A program made the position numbers and the translations under genes. Of a DNA stretch of 64,000 nucleotides, positions 36,478 through 47,393 are shown piece after piece (position 1 is the stretch's first letter; each line of letters begins with the position of its first letter). Source of the DNA: a virus; the IMG/VR virus record IMGVR_UViG_3300030406_003049, positions 30,948 to 94,947 of that record; one strand, 5' to 3'. Under the pieces are notes generated by a model, which had not been told where the DNA came from, ran no database searches, and worked only from the letters and a program-made list of their open reading frames with translations.

Positions 36478-38589
36478 ATGCCTACCTTTCCCGTTCCTAT
36501 GGCGTTTTGGGATTTCTTACTACTTGATAGTGAATATAACAAAATGATAGTGAAAGAAAGTGCTACTGCTGAAAGACTAGATAACATCAATGAAACAAAA
36601 GAACAAATATTTTCAAAATTTGTTAATTTGACAACTGGAAGCAAATCTTATGACGATTTAGATTCATTTTTGGGTTTATTTAGTAATAATTTTCCTAAAG
36701 AATATGAAAGATTAATTTCTAACGAGCCAAGAAACACAAGAAAGGCAGTAAAACAGAAAATTTTTGAAAGATTTGAGAAAGTTTTAGAATTTAATACAAC
36801 GAGAGACAAAGGCGGAAGGCCAAAATTAGATTTTGAAGGACAAATGACTAAATTTGCTAATAGCGAAACAGTAAATCCCAAAATTTTAGACGCATTTTAC
36901 CGAATTTTGATGGAAAAATATGAATCTTATGGAGGAAATAAAGAAAATAACATTAAGCAGTTAAGAAAAGACATTGGTAAAGAGAATTTAGGCAAAATTT
37001 TACCAATTTTGAAGCAAAATGTTAAGGATTCAAATGCAAAATTGGCTGATTTTGACAATCCCGACAAAATTATGTTCAATGTGATGAAAATTACAATAGC
37101 AATTGGTAATTTTGGCGTTAAATTACCAAAAAAAGTCGCAGGATTTACTAAAACAGAAGAAAACGATACTCAAATTAGAGGAATGAACACAACACAACAA
37201 AATTCTTACACAACTTATGAAAAAATTGTCCCAATTGAGGGATATGACCGTAAAAAGACAAGAGAAGAATGGATTGACGGTATGGATAAGTATATTGAGA
37301 TTGACTATGAAAAGAGAAGGGGTCAATTTTCTCAAGAATATGTTTTTCCTTTTTCGGATAGAATGTTGTCCGATGATGAAGAAACAAGTAGATTAAAACT
37401 CAAAGAGGATAGTGATTTTGAACTATCTATCGTCTATATTGAGGATAGGCCACTTCTTAGAGAACTTCTAAGTAAGCAAGATATTGTAATTATTGATGAT
37501 ATTAACATTGATGTTGGAATGGAGGCAGAATATACAGTTCCGGCACTAAATAGCACTAAAATACAAGCATATTTTGATGTTATGGCTACTTCTTCAAAGA
37601 CAGACCAAAGCAATAAAGACAAGTATTTAGCGTTTAAATTGGGTAAACAAAGCCTACAAGCGCAAAGAAAAATACTATATTCGGCACAGAAAAAGGGGTC
37701 AAGAAGGCTATATTTTCACCCAATACTGCAAAATTTATTCACAACAGAAGGAAATGATGTGTTTGGAGAAGCAGTTAAAGATATTACAGTAAAAACTGCT
37801 AAGGCATTTGAACAGGCAAAAGAAAGTGAGTTGGATAAAGAAGTCGGCATTCAAACATACGATAGAGAATTGATTGAAGAAGAAATTTTTGATGAAGACA
37901 ATATGCTAGAAAACGATGAATTGTATGCTGATTACATAGAAGGAGATGAATTTACACATATAGTTCAAGAAGGCGGCACAGAAGTAGAAAGATTACAAAG
38001 AGGTTTAGTCTTTGATGGAAAATCTTACATTACTAAAAATAGAAATTTAATTTCATTTATCAACGCAATTAAAAAATTCGCTATAAATGAAAGAGGCACT
38101 TTTTCTAATTCATTGGCCGAAGAAAACAAAGATAAGATTTTAGGAGAAGTTTCGGATAAAGTTGAGTTCACAAAACCTGCTGAAATAGCATTCGCTGATT
38201 ACTTGCTTGCTCAAAAGGACACAAAAGAAATAGAAAATGATTTAATAACTGGTGATTTATCTAAATACTATAAAGCAAAGATGAATCAACAAGATGGTTT
38301 TGCTTTCTTGTTTTCTATAGCGCATTTATTCGGACAGGATTTGAAAACAGAACTTAAACAACTAATAGGAAAAAAGAAATTGTTTACTAAGAAAGATTTA
38401 TCAACAGAAGGCAAATCCCTAATAACTAAGATTGTTGCTAAAGTTGAAGAAAATTTACGGAAACTAAGGACACAATTCAAAGAAGGTCTTGAACAAAAAT
38501 TAGAAAAAATAGCGAAAAATCCTAAGAAAAATCCAAGAACACTTATTAAAAAATTAGTTGATAAACAATTACTAGAGATGGAGGAATAA
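36478..38589 (+). CDS. Large hypothetical protein (possible virion internal protein)
   Basis: 703 aa, charged and helical. Confidence 0.65.
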   Translation: MPTFPVPMAFWDFLLLDSEYNKMIVKESATAERLDNINETKEQIFSKFVNLTTGSKSYDDLDSFLGLFSNNFPKEYERLISNEPRNTRKAVKQKIFERFEKVLEFNTTRDKGGRPKLDFEGQMTKFANSETVNPKILDAFYRILMEKYESYGGNKENNIKQLRKDIGKENLGKILPILKQNVKDSNAKLADFDNPDKIMFNVMKITIAIGNFGVKLPKKVAGFTKTEENDTQIRGMNTTQQNSYTTYEKIVPIEGYDRKKTREEWIDGMDKYIEIDYEKRRGQFSQEYVFPFSDRMLSDDEETSRLKLKEDSDFELSIVYIEDRPLLRELLSKQDIVIIDDINIDVGMEAEYTVPALNSTKIQAYFDVMATSSKTDQSNKDKYLAFKLGKQSLQAQRKILYSAQKKGSRRLYFHPILQNLFTTEGNDVFGEAVKDITVKTAKAFEQAKESELDKEVGIQTYDRELIEEEIFDEDNMLENDELYADYIEGDEFTHIVQEGGTEVERLQRGLVFDGKSYITKNRNLISFINAIKKFAINERGTFSNSLAEENKDKILGEVSDKVEFTKPAEIAFADYLLAQKDTKEIENDLITGDLSKYYKAKMNQQDGFAFLFSIAHLFGQDLKTELKQLIGKKKLFTKKDLSTEGKSLITKIVAKVEENLRKLRTQFKEGLEQKLEKIAKNPKKNPRTLIKKLVDKQLLEMEE

Positions 38590-38591
38590 AC

Positions 38592-41117
38592 ATGGGAGAA
38601 AAAAATATCAAAAATAAAGAGGCCCTTTTTCTTGAGATAAAAGATGAGTTTCAAGAACTCTTAGGAAAACACAAAGACAACAAACAGGCCATCGTTTCCG
38701 AACTTAAAGACAGTCGGGTTTTCAAAAATAAAAGTTTAATAGATTTTGGGACTTTACGAGGACAAGAAAGAAAAGACGCTAAAAATCAAGTTATAGAAAT
38801 AGTTTACAATCATTTCACTAAAGAGAAAAAAGTTGAAGCACCCGTTGAAGATATTGAAGAAACTAATAGGGACTACATAGCGGGAATGCTAGAACAATTA
38901 AGAATAAATGTTGGAGGCGGAGGACAAAGAAGCGTTAAAACTTCAAGAGGCAATTCTCTTACAGTTAATGCTATGTTTAGAAAGGGGCTTAAGTTTGACC
39001 CTTCCTCAATAGTCGCTCGCAATAAACAAGGAAGAAGACCATTAAAACCCGATGCAGTATTAGTGAATTTAAAAAACCTAAAGGGTAAGAATGCTCGCAC
39101 AATACGAGCCAATTTTAAAAACTTGATTGAAACAATAAGAGAAAGATATGCTCAAACAGAAGATGATACAATAGAATATGTGCAAATAGATTTAACAGAT
39201 ATTTTAGATAAAAACACTATGACTGATTTATCTAAAAGAAAAAGCATCTATGATTATTGGAAAGGAATATATGAAAAGTTCCCCGACTTATCTAAGGCAG
39301 TAAAAGAACTTGCAGATAAATTGGAAAAGGAAAACACAGAAGATAAAACGCTAAAAAACGACATTGATAAGTTTGTAAAAGTGGCGAATACATTAGGCGA
39401 TAAAGGCGAAAATATAAATTACATATCCGAAGTTTCTCAAAAAGAAATTAATGTTGGTGATGTAGACGGTAGAGCGTTTAAAGCACTTAAACAGTTCTTT
39501 GCTCAATTGGATATGCTTGCTACTAAAACTGATGAAAGCGGAGTAGATATTTTCTTTGAGGCAGGTTTTACTGATACTGGCGAAAGGAAGGATTCTTATT
39601 CAATGAGTGAGCAATTAGCAACAGATAAAGAAAGAGATGAAATGGAAGACTTGGGAGAAGAAGTGGAATTAGACCCACTATCTATTTTGTATCTAAAAAG
39701 GGATTTAAACGAAATAGCCGAAGTATTTAGCGACCATGATTTTGAATACACAGTAAGAGATTTATATTACAAAATGATAACAAGCAAAGAAAAAGTTGAA
39801 TTAATAGCCGAACAAGGAATGGAAGAATTAATTGAAAAACTATTAGAAACTAAAAAAGTAATCACCAAGTATGAAACTGATATTATTCATTTACCTGTAT
39901 TTTTATTTGAGTCTCAAGAGTTAAGACAAGATTATGGCGACGAAGCAAAGAAGGCGGGTAAAATTAAAGAAACCATAAATGATTTCTTTAGAGCATTTGC
40001 TGATTTATTAGAAGAAGTTAGAACTACCTTCACAACATTTGCAGACATTCAGCAATTTGGTAGAGAACCAAAAGGCGTAAAACCTCAAAAGCCGGAAATG
40101 GGCTACGAAACTACAAGTGAAGGTTTAGGGATAAGAAGATACATTTACGGCCAAGAAGGAAGAAAAGGTAGGGCTAGAGAAATCAAGTCATTTCAAAATA
40201 TAATGGGAGATATAAATAAAGTCGGAGAACTAATTGCTGAACTCTTTGTAGCACCTATGAATTTACCAAGCGTCAATGCAGGAGAAAAATTACCTTTTAG
40301 CATAAACGGACACCTAAGAATAATTAGTGCGATTATTGATTTTAAAGGAGGAGAGGGTAAAATAGAGGGAGGAGGTTTCTTACCTTACAAAGTCATGAGT
40401 AAACTTGTCCGAGAACAACAATTAGATTTCATAAAAAAAGACGATTTAGAACAATTAATACCTTTCCTAAAATCAATTAACACAGGAGAAATATTTAGCA
40501 GTATAGAATTAGCGGAGAGCAAGGCGGAAGATTTCAAAGACGCTTTGTTAGACATTTACCAAAAAGAAAAAGGAATGGAAAAAGTAATTGATAGAGATAT
40601 TGCTTCTATTTTTGGTGCAATAAACAAAATAACTAATAAAGTAGTTTTAGAAGAATTTGAAGGGGTAAATGCTTCGGAGGCTTACGAAAAGACTAGCATT
40701 GATAATGTCACTGAAATAACACCCGTTATGGTTTTAGTTGATGCTTTAGAACAAGCCAAAAAGAATGAAGCATTAAGACTTAGAAATAAACCACTAATAG
40801 AAACTATTGATGAATTTTTAGCAGAAGCAAAGAAACTAAGCCCAATGAAAAAGTCGGAAATACATGCTCGCATATTAGAAGCACACGATTCTCTAAGAAT
40901 ATTAAAAGGTAAAGAAGTATATTATGCTACAAGAAACGAAAATAACTTTGAGCATGTTGAAGGAATGCTAACTAAGATGCAAAAAGAACATAATTTAGAC
41001 ATGAGCGCAAGCGAACTAATTAATATTGTAAATGAAATAGATTCATTTGATAGCATTAGCAAATCTTATGGGATTAGTAATGAACATGTATATTTAATTA
41101 AGGCTAACTTTAGGTGA
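38592..41117 (+). CDS. Large hypothetical protein (possible virion internal protein)
   Basis: 841 aa; possible C-terminal HTH (SFDSISKSYGISNEHVYLIK). Confidence 0.65.
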   Translation: MGEKNIKNKEALFLEIKDEFQELLGKHKDNKQAIVSELKDSRVFKNKSLIDFGTLRGQERKDAKNQVIEIVYNHFTKEKKVEAPVEDIEETNRDYIAGMLEQLRINVGGGGQRSVKTSRGNSLTVNAMFRKGLKFDPSSIVARNKQGRRPLKPDAVLVNLKNLKGKNARTIRANFKNLIETIRERYAQTEDDTIEYVQIDLTDILDKNTMTDLSKRKSIYDYWKGIYEKFPDLSKAVKELADKLEKENTEDKTLKNDIDKFVKVANTLGDKGENINYISEVSQKEINVGDVDGRAFKALKQFFAQLDMLATKTDESGVDIFFEAGFTDTGERKDSYSMSEQLATDKERDEMEDLGEEVELDPLSILYLKRDLNEIAEVFSDHDFEYTVRDLYYKMITSKEKVELIAEQGMEELIEKLLETKKVITKYETDIIHLPVFLFESQELRQDYGDEAKKAGKIKETINDFFRAFADLLEEVRTTFTTFADIQQFGREPKGVKPQKPEMGYETTSEGLGIRRYIYGQEGRKGRAREIKSFQNIMGDINKVGELIAELFVAPMNLPSVNAGEKLPFSINGHLRIISAIIDFKGGEGKIEGGGFLPYKVMSKLVREQQLDFIKKDDLEQLIPFLKSINTGEIFSSIELAESKAEDFKDALLDIYQKEKGMEKVIDRDIASIFGAINKITNKVVLEEFEGVNASEAYEKTSIDNVTEITPVMVLVDALEQAKKNEALRLRNKPLIETIDEFLAEAKKLSPMKKSEIHARILEAHDSLRILKGKEVYYATRNENNFEHVEGMLTKMQKEHNLDMSASELINIVNEIDSFDSISKSYGISNEHVYLIKANFR

Positions 41118-41121
41118 TATT

Positions 41122-41823
41122 ATGGAGCAAGTTTCCGGCCCACATACAAAAGAAGAGGCGGAGGAGGCTTACAATGAAGATAATCCCGATGATAAAATCA
41201 ACCGTGATGTTCCCGAATGGTATGAATTAGACCAATATGTAATTAGAAGGGTAAATGGTAAAGTAGTAGGGATAGCGGGGTGGGCTGATAAGGGCGACTA
41301 CGCTATACTTGGAGGAATGAAATCAAAGGAGGGTTCTAAAAGTTGGAAACCTATGGCTAATAAGCGAGAACAACTTATTGGAGATAAGCCAAAGATAGCA
41401 GGATTTAGAACACAAAAAATTCCTCTTGAAAGGTGGAAACAAAAAAACAGAACAGAATATGATTGGGAAATACCACCGGAAGACACTATGGGTATAGATG
41501 AAGAAATGTTAGCAAACTTTACTGAAAGATACGGTGATGATTTCGGCATTAAGAAATGGTGGGACTTAATTAAGAGGCGAAGTGTTATGAGCGACTTTCA
41601 ATGGAAACAATTGATTGTTGGTATTAAGGAAGATAGATTTCCTAAAGATAGAACAAAATATGTTAGATATTCAAACTTAGATACTATTAATAGAAGAATG
41701 GTAAATGGTTATTTGAAAAAAGGAGTAAAGAATCCCGAAAAAAGAAACCAATATCTAAAGGGTATTGCCGATGAAATGTCTAGGAGTAGTAATCAAAGAT
41801 ATGAATTGGAGGATAGGAGTTAA
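41122..41823 (+). CDS. Hypothetical protein, possibly GNAT-like
   Basis: VIRRVNGKVVGIAG...YAILGGM; internal KKWWDLIKR. Confidence 0.45.
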   Translation: MEQVSGPHTKEEAEEAYNEDNPDDKINRDVPEWYELDQYVIRRVNGKVVGIAGWADKGDYAILGGMKSKEGSKSWKPMANKREQLIGDKPKIAGFRTQKIPLERWKQKNRTEYDWEIPPEDTMGIDEEMLANFTERYGDDFGIKKWWDLIKRRSVMSDFQWKQLIVGIKEDRFPKDRTKYVRYSNLDTINRRMVNGYLKKGVKNPEKRNQYLKGIADEMSRSSNQRYELEDRS

Positions 41824-42473
41824 TGTGGTTTGATATTCTAAAGGTCATGCCTCCGAGCAAATATGAGGCTTATGCGATACCCGAACATGATATGTCCGAA
41901 GTTGATAACCCCGCACAGGCTTTTGATTATGACACGACTAGGGTTATTGTAAGAGGCCATTATTTAATGAGAGTTAAGGAAAGAACTTCTAATAGAAATA
42001 CTGATGAAATTGAAAAATGGGTTAATTGTGTTAAAGACAAGGCTCAAGGAAAATATTGGTTTTATAGAACAAGCGATGAAAATAATTATGAAATTATTTT
42101 AGTGGATATTTATACTACAAAAGAAGCGAACATAGCGGGAACAAAAAAGAAATTTAATCGTAATATGAGAAACCCCGAAACTAAAGAATTGATAACGAAA
42201 CTAATTGTTTTTACAAATTATTTTGGTGGGAGGGTTTTGCTTACTCAATCCCAATTATCAAAAGATTATAGAGGAAGAAAAAGGATAGATTGTTTTTATC
42301 AAGGTGTTAAGCCTAATCACCCTAAAGGACAGGCTATGCTTGAAAAAGAACCAAAAAGGGAAGAACCAAAAGAAAAACCAAAGCCAAAAGAAAAACCAAG
42401 AGGATTTACGCTTCCGCCTCCCCCTCCAAGAAGAAAAAATAAAAATAGACAAAGAAATAGAAGGAGGAGATAA
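41823..42473 (+). CDS. WxxILK-tagged protein with Pro/Arg-rich tail
   Basis: MWFDILK; tail PPPPPRRKNKNRQRNRRRR. Confidence 0.6.
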   Translation: MWFDILKVMPPSKYEAYAIPEHDMSEVDNPAQAFDYDTTRVIVRGHYLMRVKERTSNRNTDEIEKWVNCVKDKAQGKYWFYRTSDENNYEIILVDIYTTKEANIAGTKKKFNRNMRNPETKELITKLIVFTNYFGGRVLLTQSQLSKDYRGRKRIDCFYQGVKPNHPKGQAMLEKEPKREEPKEKPKPKEKPRGFTLPPPPPRRKNKNRQRNRRRR

Positions 42474-42475
42474 TT

Positions 42476-43906
42476 ATGGATTTAGAAGCATTTAACTTTG
42501 AACATCAAATGGATATGGAGTTATCTAAAAACTCATTCCCATATTTTTTTCAAAATGTTTTAGGTTGGGAGTTTGCTAACCACCAAAAGGAATGGTATGA
42601 TTTAATGAATGATACTCAAAGAACTGTTATTATTTGTTCAAGAGGTCATGGTAAATCAGTATTCATGCACAGTTGGGTTGTATGGAATTTAGTTTTTAGA
42701 GAGCCTCCTTATCAAATGCTATATATTTCCTCTAACCAAAAACAGACTTTGGTTCACATGAGAGATATTGACAAGTTATTCAATCACCCTATGCTTAAGA
42801 AATTTAAACCTGCTAAGGGTTGGGCTATTGGAAATATTACACTTACCAATGGTAATCAAATCTTGGAGCGTTCTGTTGGTTCACAGATTAGAGGTCTTCA
42901 CCCTCAAGAGATTATTATTGACGACCCTTTGAAAGAGTTTAGTATGACTGGTATTCAAAAAGTCACTGATTGGTTTTATGGTGATATGATACCAACACTT
43001 CACCACACCGCTTCTTTGAGGGTTATTGGAACTCCGTTTAGTTATACAGATATTTACCAACAACTCGCTGAAAATCCCGCATATACTCTTAGAACATATC
43101 CTTGTCTTAATGCTCTCAATGAACCACTATGGCCGAATAGATGGGACTATGATGCTCTTATGGCGAGAAAGGCGGAAGTCGGTTCTCTTATGTTTACAAG
43201 AGAATATATGTGTGTTCCTATATCAACTGGAACTTCTTTGTTCAATCCCGAATATTTAGAAGCGGCTAAGAGTAAAGACCATGTTTTGAAACCAATGCGT
43301 AGAGAGGGCTACAAATATTATGTTGGTATTGACCCTGCTATTTCAACAGATGGCGACTACAATGTAATTACTGTATTAGAAGTTGATGAGAACGATAACA
43401 AAACTATCGTATTTATTGACCGTTCTAAGAATGTAGAGTTTAGAGAAAACATACAGAAAGTAAAGTTGATTGGTAAAGTATTTCAGCCCGAAGCGATATT
43501 ATTTGAAACAAATACATTTGCTAAATCATTTACACAAGAAATTAGAAATGTCACTGATTTAAATGTGCATGACTTTAACACTACTAGAAAAAAGAAAGAG
43601 GAGATTATTCTAAGTTTACAAATGAACTTTGAAAACGGTAAGATAATTTTACCTTATGCTAACGAAGAAAGTCGTCGGGTAACATCTACTTTAATTGAAG
43701 AATTATCTATGTTTGCTATTACAGACAAAGGAAAGTTTGAGGGAATAGGAGCGCATGACGACATGGTTATGAGTTTAGCGTTGGCCAATGCCGCTACTCA
43801 TACAATGAGTGAAACATTCATACTCTTAGATGACATGGGGCTATTTGACCCGCCAAAGGTCAATAAGTATAAACGCTCTCAAGGAGTTATGGGAATTAAT
43901 TTTTAG
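42476..43906 (+). CDS. terL: Terminase large subunit
   Basis: HQKEW, SRGHGKS (Walker A), IRGLH, IIIDDP, VIGTP, VGIDPA (RNase H-like), HDDMVMSLALA. Confidence 0.93.
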   Translation: MDLEAFNFEHQMDMELSKNSFPYFFQNVLGWEFANHQKEWYDLMNDTQRTVIICSRGHGKSVFMHSWVVWNLVFREPPYQMLYISSNQKQTLVHMRDIDKLFNHPMLKKFKPAKGWAIGNITLTNGNQILERSVGSQIRGLHPQEIIIDDPLKEFSMTGIQKVTDWFYGDMIPTLHHTASLRVIGTPFSYTDIYQQLAENPAYTLRTYPCLNALNEPLWPNRWDYDALMARKAEVGSLMFTREYMCVPISTGTSLFNPEYLEAAKSKDHVLKPMRREGYKYYVGIDPAISTDGDYNVITVLEVDENDNKTIVFIDRSKNVEFRENIQKVKLIGKVFQPEAILFETNTFAKSFTQEIRNVTDLNVHDFNTTRKKKEEIILSLQMNFENGKIILPYANEESRRVTSTLIEELSMFAITDKGKFEGIGAHDDMVMSLALANAATHTMSETFILLDDMGLFDPPKVNKYKRSQGVMGINF

Positions 43907-43916
43907 GTGATATAAA

Positions 43917-45272
43917 ATGCCGACTGCGGAGGAATATAGAGAGGGTTCGGAACAAATGAATCGCCTTGCAGAACTGCAAGAAGAACAAGATGAAACTAAA
44001 GATGAAATTGAGGAAGCATTAGGAACTAAATTGGCTTCTGTTGATGATTACATTATGTCGGACTATGAAGCAGTAAATTTACTTTCTAAAAATTTAAACA
44101 TCAATGCTAGTGATGCTAGAAAACAATTAAGTTCTTTTCCCAATGAATATTCTATTGATGGTGAAAACATACCCGACTTAGTAAAAAAGATGAGAAAGGC
44201 TCGTAGAAAATTAAAGGGAGAACAACGAACTAGAATGGCTAAAGCGATTGATACTGTTATTGATGGCTACTCCGACCATATCAACAAGTGCATAGATTCT
44301 ATTTACTGGATTAAACCATACAAACCGGCTATTCTTAAGATGGGTTTTAGTGAAAAAGACTTAATGAAAATAAACAAGATTGATTCTGTAAACGATAGAA
44401 GAAACATTATTGATGCAATATGTAAGTATTGGGAGAGCGATTTAAAGAAAGAAGGCATGGTTTATTCTAAGGAATATGCTCAATTAGAAAAAGAATGCCG
44501 TATTGCTAAAAGAGATTACAAGCAACAAATAAAAAATATATCCGACCAATCAATAACTAAAAGCAAAAAAGAAAGAATTATGTCTTTCATTGAAAGTGAA
44601 ATAATAAAGAGTCCTTCTATCGGTGCTAAACAAATACATGATAGAATGCCTAACAATCTACATAAAAGCACAACAACAAATATGATTTCTAAAATGGTGA
44701 AGAAACTTGATGTTGCTAACATTGATGGAGCATATTACAAATTACCAACAATGCTTAAGAAAAATATTTGGGCTTATACTGCGGCTTTTATTGACTCCGA
44801 TGGCTATATTACAATGGATAGAAACCACAATCCTAGAGTTGGTCTTATTGCTACAGGTGAAAGAGGCAGGGCATTTATGGAAGAAATGCACAAGAGTATA
44901 GGTTTTGGTAAATTACATTTGAATCAAAAATCCCCACAACAAACTAGACCTGTTCAAAGATTAAACTTTTATTCACAAAACGATGTGTATAATTTGTTAA
45001 GTAAGTGCTTGCCGCATTTTAAACTAAAGAAAGGTAATGCTAAATTACTCATGGAACTTATACGAATGAAAAAATCCTACAAAAAAGAAGATTGGTATAA
45101 AGGTCGTTGTGATGAAATTTTTAAATTAATGAAGTGGGAGAATCATAAAGACCATGTTGGTTTTGATTGGTTAAAAGAGGGAATATATCTTGACGATATA
45201 CAGAAATACAAAGACAACTGTAAAATGTCTTTAATGGATAGTATGGAAAACATAGGGGGTGTCTTGGCTTGA
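43917..45272 (+). CDS. LAGLIDADG-domain protein with long helical N-terminus
   Basis: WAYTAAFIDSDGYI...FGKL...LPHFKLKK. Confidence 0.75.
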   Translation: MPTAEEYREGSEQMNRLAELQEEQDETKDEIEEALGTKLASVDDYIMSDYEAVNLLSKNLNINASDARKQLSSFPNEYSIDGENIPDLVKKMRKARRKLKGEQRTRMAKAIDTVIDGYSDHINKCIDSIYWIKPYKPAILKMGFSEKDLMKINKIDSVNDRRNIIDAICKYWESDLKKEGMVYSKEYAQLEKECRIAKRDYKQQIKNISDQSITKSKKERIMSFIESEIIKSPSIGAKQIHDRMPNNLHKSTTTNMISKMVKKLDVANIDGAYYKLPTMLKKNIWAYTAAFIDSDGYITMDRNHNPRVGLIATGERGRAFMEEMHKSIGFGKLHLNQKSPQQTRPVQRLNFYSQNDVYNLLSKCLPHFKLKKGNAKLLMELIRMKKSYKKEDWYKGRCDEIFKLMKWENHKDHVGFDWLKEGIYLDDIQKYKDNCKMSLMDSMENIGGVLA

Positions 45273-45415
45273 ATACAAAAGAATGGGTGATTAGTAAAAA
45301 GAAACTTGATTTCAAGTATTGCGGTAGGTGCTACATAACAAGAGATGTTCACCCATTCGGTTTTTGTAGAAAGTGTTGGGAACAAGCAGATAAACCAAAG
45401 AAGGTGAAGGTATGA
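45269..45415 (+). CDS. Zn-finger microprotein
   Basis: Manual translation ...YCGRCYITRDVHPFGFCRKCW...; TTG start overlapping the previous stop. Confidence 0.5.
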   Translation: MNTKEWVISKKKLDFKYCGRCYITRDVHPFGFCRKCWEQADKPKKVKV

Positions 45416-45618
45416 GTTGGGAAGAAATATTGAAAAAGAAAAAGAAAAAATCTACTGTAAACCAAGCGGGTAATTATACTAAACCTGCTATGCGTAAAAG
45501 AATCTTCAATAGAATAAAAGCAGGAAGTAAAGGCGGGGCTAAAGGTCAATGGTCGGCTAGAAAGGCACAGATGTTAGCCCAAGCCTATAAACGGGCAGGT
45601 GGCGGCTATCGTAATTAA
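45412..45618 (+). CDS. WxxILK-tagged basic protein (DUF5872-like N-half)
   Basis: MSWEEILK; NYTKP.MRK...GQWSARKAQMLA..YK..GGGY. Confidence 0.6.
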   Translation: MSWEEILKKKKKKSTVNQAGNYTKPAMRKRIFNRIKAGSKGGAKGQWSARKAQMLAQAYKRAGGGYRN

Positions 45619-45883
45619 GTGGTGGAATATCCTAAAAGCCAAGTCAAAAAGGCAACAGGATTTAACCCAATGGACACAGGAAGATTGGGGAAGTGCCGAA
45701 CAACATAGAGCGAAAGCAAAAGGAAAGAAACCTAAATCAAAAACTAAAGGAAGATATATGCCTAGAGCGACCTATCAAAGAACAGATAAAAAAACACTAA
45801 GGTATCAAGACGCTAAGAAAAGAAAAGGCCGTAAAAAAGGCATTCAACATGTGCCGACAGGAAAGAAGTTTAGTCAAAAGTGA
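45599..45883 (+). CDS. WxxILK-tagged basic protein (DUF5872-like C-half)
   Basis: KWWNILK; L..WT.EDW...GRYMP...KKRKG....Q.VP. Confidence 0.55.
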   Translation: MAAIVIKWWNILKAKSKRQQDLTQWTQEDWGSAEQHRAKAKGKKPKSKTKGRYMPRATYQRTDKKTLRYQDAKKRKGRKKGIQHVPTGKKFSQK

Positions 45884-46332
45884 TTATAATGTGGCGGCAA
45901 ATCCTAAAGAAAGATATGTCCTACTGCGTTTGTAGTGGTAAAAATAAAACTAAAGGATTTACTTGTGAAGCACATTGTAGGAGTAAAGAAATGAAAAAGG
46001 CTGACCCGAAAAAAGGAACGGGTAAAAAACCAAAAGGTTCAGCAAGAAGATTATACACAGATGAAGACCCAAGCGATACTGTTCCCGTAAAATTTAGAAC
46101 AAGACAAGATGTTCAAGAAACATTTAGCAGTAGTGCGTTCAAATCTAAATCTCATAAAAGGCAGTCGCAAATAATTAACTTAGTAGAACAAAGATTGCGA
46201 GCCGCAGTTAAAAATGCTAAAGATTCTAAAACAAAGAAAAGGCTAAAAACGGCACATACTTACGCTAAACAAAGAAAAGAAGCGAGTAAGCAAAAAACAA
46301 AGAGCAGAAGTAGAGGAGCGTTTACAAGATGA
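45880..46332 (+). CDS. WxxILK-tagged basic protein
   Basis: MWRQILK; GTGKKPKGS.RRLYTDE.P.DTV.VKF. Confidence 0.6.
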   Translation: MIIMWRQILKKDMSYCVCSGKNKTKGFTCEAHCRSKEMKKADPKKGTGKKPKGSARRLYTDEDPSDTVPVKFRTRQDVQETFSSSAFKSKSHKRQSQIINLVEQRLRAAVKNAKDSKTKKRLKTAHTYAKQRKEASKQKTKSRSRGAFTR

Positions 46333-46682
46333 GTTGGAAAAATATACTAAAAACAGAAGACGAAAAAGCCCATTGTGGAACTAAGCAAGATGAGAAAATG
46401 CTTTATGGAAATCAAAAAAGAATTGATAAAGACAAAGATGGTAAAATAACTGGAAAAGATTTTGCTATGCTTAGAGATGAAAAGAAAGCCATGAAAACCG
46501 ATGCTCAAATAGAAAAAGAAATACTTGCTGAAATTAAAAAAGAAGGAGGAGCATTGGGTATGAAAAACCTAAAAGCAATATGTCCTCCTAAAGAATTAAA
46601 GAGAGTTCTTAATGCTATGAAAAGAAAGAAAGTTATATTCATGCACAAAGATGGAGATATTTACACCCATAATCCGAGATGA
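46329..46682 (+). CDS. WxxILK-tagged EF-hand-like protein
   Basis: MSWKNILK; DKDKDGKITGKDF. Confidence 0.6.
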   Translation: MSWKNILKTEDEKAHCGTKQDEKMLYGNQKRIDKDKDGKITGKDFAMLRDEKKAMKTDAQIEKEILAEIKKEGGALGMKNLKAICPPKELKRVLNAMKRKKVIFMHKDGDIYTHNPR

Positions 46683-47088
46683 TAATATGACTTGGAAAAT
46701 TATTCTTAAACAACTTGAGTGTCCTTTGGCTACACAGGACTTAGAAGTTAATACTAAGAATAGAGATGCCGCAGTTAAAAATCCTAACATTAGATATGGG
46801 CCACTTAACCTTAACGATAAAAAATATTGGGAAGAATACGCTAAGAGATGGAAGACTACACCCGAAGTAGCAAAGAAGTCTAATTGCAGTAATTGTATTG
46901 CTTTTGATATTTCACCTAGAATGGACGACTGTATGCCTTTAACTACTGATGAAGATGGGCGTTTAGGCTATTGTCATATGCACCATTTCAAGTGTCATTC
47001 AGCAAGAACTTGCTATACTTGGGCTAAAGGTGGCCCAATTGATGATGATAAAACTTCTAAAGAAAATCAAATGAGGAGTAAAAAATGA
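46651..47088 (+). CDS. WxxILK-tagged Cys-rich protein
   Basis: Likely start MTWKIILK; CSNC...GYC...FKC...RTC..W. Confidence 0.6.
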   Translation: MEIFTPIIRDDNMTWKIILKQLECPLATQDLEVNTKNRDAAVKNPNIRYGPLNLNDKKYWEEYAKRWKTTPEVAKKSNCSNCIAFDISPRMDDCMPLTTDEDGRLGYCHMHHFKCHSARTCYTWAKGGPIDDDKTSKENQMRSKK

Positions 47089-47393
47089 ATTGGTTTGATA
47101 TAGTTAAAAGAAAGAAACACCCTGCTTTGAAAAGAGCCGGTGTTAGTGGCTTTGGAAAACCTAAGAGAACTCCTAAGCACCCTAAAAAATCACATGTTGT
47201 AGTTGTCAAAGATGGGGATAAAGTCAAAACTATTCGCTTCGGAGAACAAGGAGCAAGTGTAGCGGGTAAGCCAAAAAAGGGTGAAAGCAAAAGAATGAAA
47301 GCAAAAAGAAAATCTTTCAAAAGTCGCCATAGAAAAAATATCAAAAGAGGCAGAACTAGTGCCGCTTATTGGGCTAATAAAGTTAAGTGGTAA
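47085..47393 (+). CDS. WxxILK-tagged basic protein
   Basis: MNWFDIVK; KTIRFG.QG...SFKSRH...SAAYWA. Confidence 0.6.
   Translation: MNWFDIVKRKKHPALKRAGVSGFGKPKRTPKHPKKSHVVVVKDGDKVKTIRFGEQGASVAGKPKKGESKRMKAKRKSFKSRHRKNIKRGRTSAAYWANKVKW

Noticed and set aside
42476-45272. Intein or intron-encoded endonuclease interrupting terL
   Set aside because: TerL is complete with its own stop; the LAGLIDADG ORF has a separate RBS and no intein terminal motifs.
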